From positions 8,928,001 to 8,992,000 of the forward strand of contig OZ234494.1 in NCBI GenBank assembly GCA_965153455.1: a DNA stretch of 64,000 bases, read 5' to 3'. Each line of letters starts with the position of its first letter. Position 1 is the first letter of the stretch. This document shows, in pieces, positions 61,855 to 64,000 of this stretch. A model generated the notes under the pieces. That model was not told the DNA's origin. It did not search any database and saw nothing but the letters and a program-made list of their open reading frames with translations. The DNA comes from Sphagnum compactum (Eukaryota). The translations under genes and the position numbers were made by a program.

Positions 61855-64000
61855 ATTGAGTGACAAAAATGGTAGTTGAAAACTTTAGTTGATTGGGACA
61901 ACTCATTACTAAATAAGGCTATTAATTTGCCCATTAATCTTTTCACTCTCCAAGACTAGAAATGAAGATCACCTTGTGAATCTATTTCCCGAATCTAAAT
62001 CCAACATATCAATTCAAAATTTGTCATTCAGATCTCCACTCCCATTCTATTTGGTTAGGTAAATGATCTGTTGACATTTTGTGTCGATTTAAAGCCATTT
62101 AAATTTGCAAAGAACTTTTCAACCTATAATTTAAAACATGTGAATGTATACAAAGTTCATATAATGCAACCTAGTTGTGATGTGTGTGTGGTGTGATTTT
62201 ATGTGAATGAATGATTCTTTTGTGGGATTCAAGATTTCTCTTAGGGCATTCACCACTTCAAGTATGAAGAAAGCGAAAGGTGAGGTTGAAGTAGATGTTG
62301 ATTTATGGTAAAGTTCATTGTTCAAAGAACATAAGAACTCTTTTCTAACCAAAAGGCCATTTTACATACACACATTTCAACAATTGTCTAGTACTTTTGT
62401 TATATTGAGGCTTGGAAACAAAAATTTAAGTTTGTGTGCATCGAGGTTTCACATGGCATTTGTAGGGGTTTGTAGCACACAATGTCTACTCATTTGTCTA
62501 GTTGAGGCTGAGAAGGTTGAAGCAAACTCTCAAAATTTGTGGATTGCTTGACCTAGAGCATTGTCACAAACTTGAGCTCTCAAAATTCTCAATGGTTAGT
62601 ATCATGGCACATGTTACTTCCCCAACTTCAACTTCACTTGTAAATTGGAGGCTTTAAAACATTTTGTTTTAATGTGCATTGCTTTACTCTCACCTAAGTT
62701 GTGTTTTTGTCATCCACATGGCACATGGCCAATAAACTAACCCAATTTAAGAAGTTGTCATGGCAGCTGGTGCTCAATGTCTGATGGATGCAGCAGCTCT
62801 ACAACACCTTCTGGTAGTTGTCAAGGCTGAAGATCAATTGCAGCTCACTTAGCTCAAGAGTTCATCATCAATGTGCCTTGTCCAAAAGACACACCTTAGA
62901 AAAGCTTAATGTACCAAAAGCTATTTGGAAGGAAGATCAACACATCAACACCAATAAAAGCTGCCAAACTGAGTGCTAAAGCACCATCAAGGACTTTCCT
63001 TTGAGTACTTTGGAGAAATATCCCTTTCGATACTTGAAGGACATCACTGGACACAAACACCTGCTTCAAGGGTAGGAGGTTGTTATGGATTAGATTGTGT
63101 TCAGGAGCTAATTACATCCTCCTCACATCTCAACCATTGATTTCAGTGAATTGTAGCCACCCTCACCTAAAAGATGAAAGACAGTGGAAAGTATTTCCTC
63201 CAAGGTTATTAGTGTAGGGTAATGGCCAAGGCTTCAGCCATTATTGGAATAAGGGCCTGCATGAGGTGGAGCCAAGGTGGGCCTGATTCTGGTGATGCCC
63301 ACAGTTGAGGGTGTTACATGACATGAAAAGCGATGATTTTTTTAATACAAAATTCATTCTTTTCTTGTGATACCTGATGGGTATGCAACAGGTACCTACC
63401 GGGCATTATGGGAAAAAAAAAACATGATGTAAAGCATTTCAGAAAACGGAATGCCCATAGGTCATGTTTTCCGCCCTGTAACCATGCATGCACATACTTT
63501 GAAAATCTGGGCAGAGGTTTTCCCATAATGAGGAGCCTAACCCTCTGAAAACTTGTTGGAACTGGTTTAAAATAGTAAAATCCAGCTTGCTATGACCCTT
63601 AGCAGTTCTCAAAGTTCACCCAGCAGGGGGGCCTTACCATTTGTAGGATAATGCCCCTTTCCTCCCCGCCCCCAGGCAGTGCTCAAAAAACTGAGCAAAA
63701 TTCTGGCCCCGCAATTTGTCCTAAAGAAGAGAGCCAAAACGTGAACAGGCTTTAATTACAGCATGTCAAGGGATCTTCCATGGGGACTGACAAAGGCCTC
63801 CTCCTCAACACTTGAACTTGGCTCTGTCCTCGTTTGAGGTGAGTGTTTCATGCCCTGTACAAGATGCCTTCACTTTGTAAACCTAGTTCCATAATGGAGG
63901 AACACCACACTAACCCATCATTGCAAGTGCACTTATTTTACTTCCAGATATTCGGTGCAGGGTATAAGCTCTAGGACAGTAGCATTCCTACAAAAATGGG

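Noticed and set aside
62700-64000. Gene at the right window edge
   Set aside because: GC rises, but all frames are interrupted and no domain was recognised.

Overview
Eukaryotic, almost certainly plant, heterochromatic DNA. It is probably a moss; the repeat landscape resembles Sphagnum, but that is inference. Bases 1-47 kb are a dense, nested cluster of one Ty1/copia lineage: families A1 and A2 plus a divergent family B. It contains one intact, very young 5571-bp element (34373-39943) with apparently identical 489-bp LTRs, TSD AGAAC and a 1304-aa gag-pol ORF. There is also a three-level nest (30536-42995), a 20.3-kb LTR pair (7843-28142, TSD CAAAG) enclosing foreign DNA, solo LTRs and a fold-back LTR pair. 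The lineage has unusual cis-elements: TG...TA termini, a primer-binding site matching the anticodon arm of tRNA-iMet (half-tRNA priming), a terminal U3 hairpin, and a variable U3 array of telomere-like TTAGGG/telo-box units alternating with GCC boxes. Family B shares most of this LTR despite a very different gag-pol. Between and after the copia copies are decayed host genes (RluA-type pseudouridine synthase, kinesin-light-chain-related TPR protein), a spliced DNA-transposase relic cut by a CACTA end, a small Helitron, an AT-rich 3.1-kb tandem duplication and an unrelated TG...CA solo LTR. No intact host gene is recognisable. The window looks like the edge of a copia cluster, possibly centromeric.
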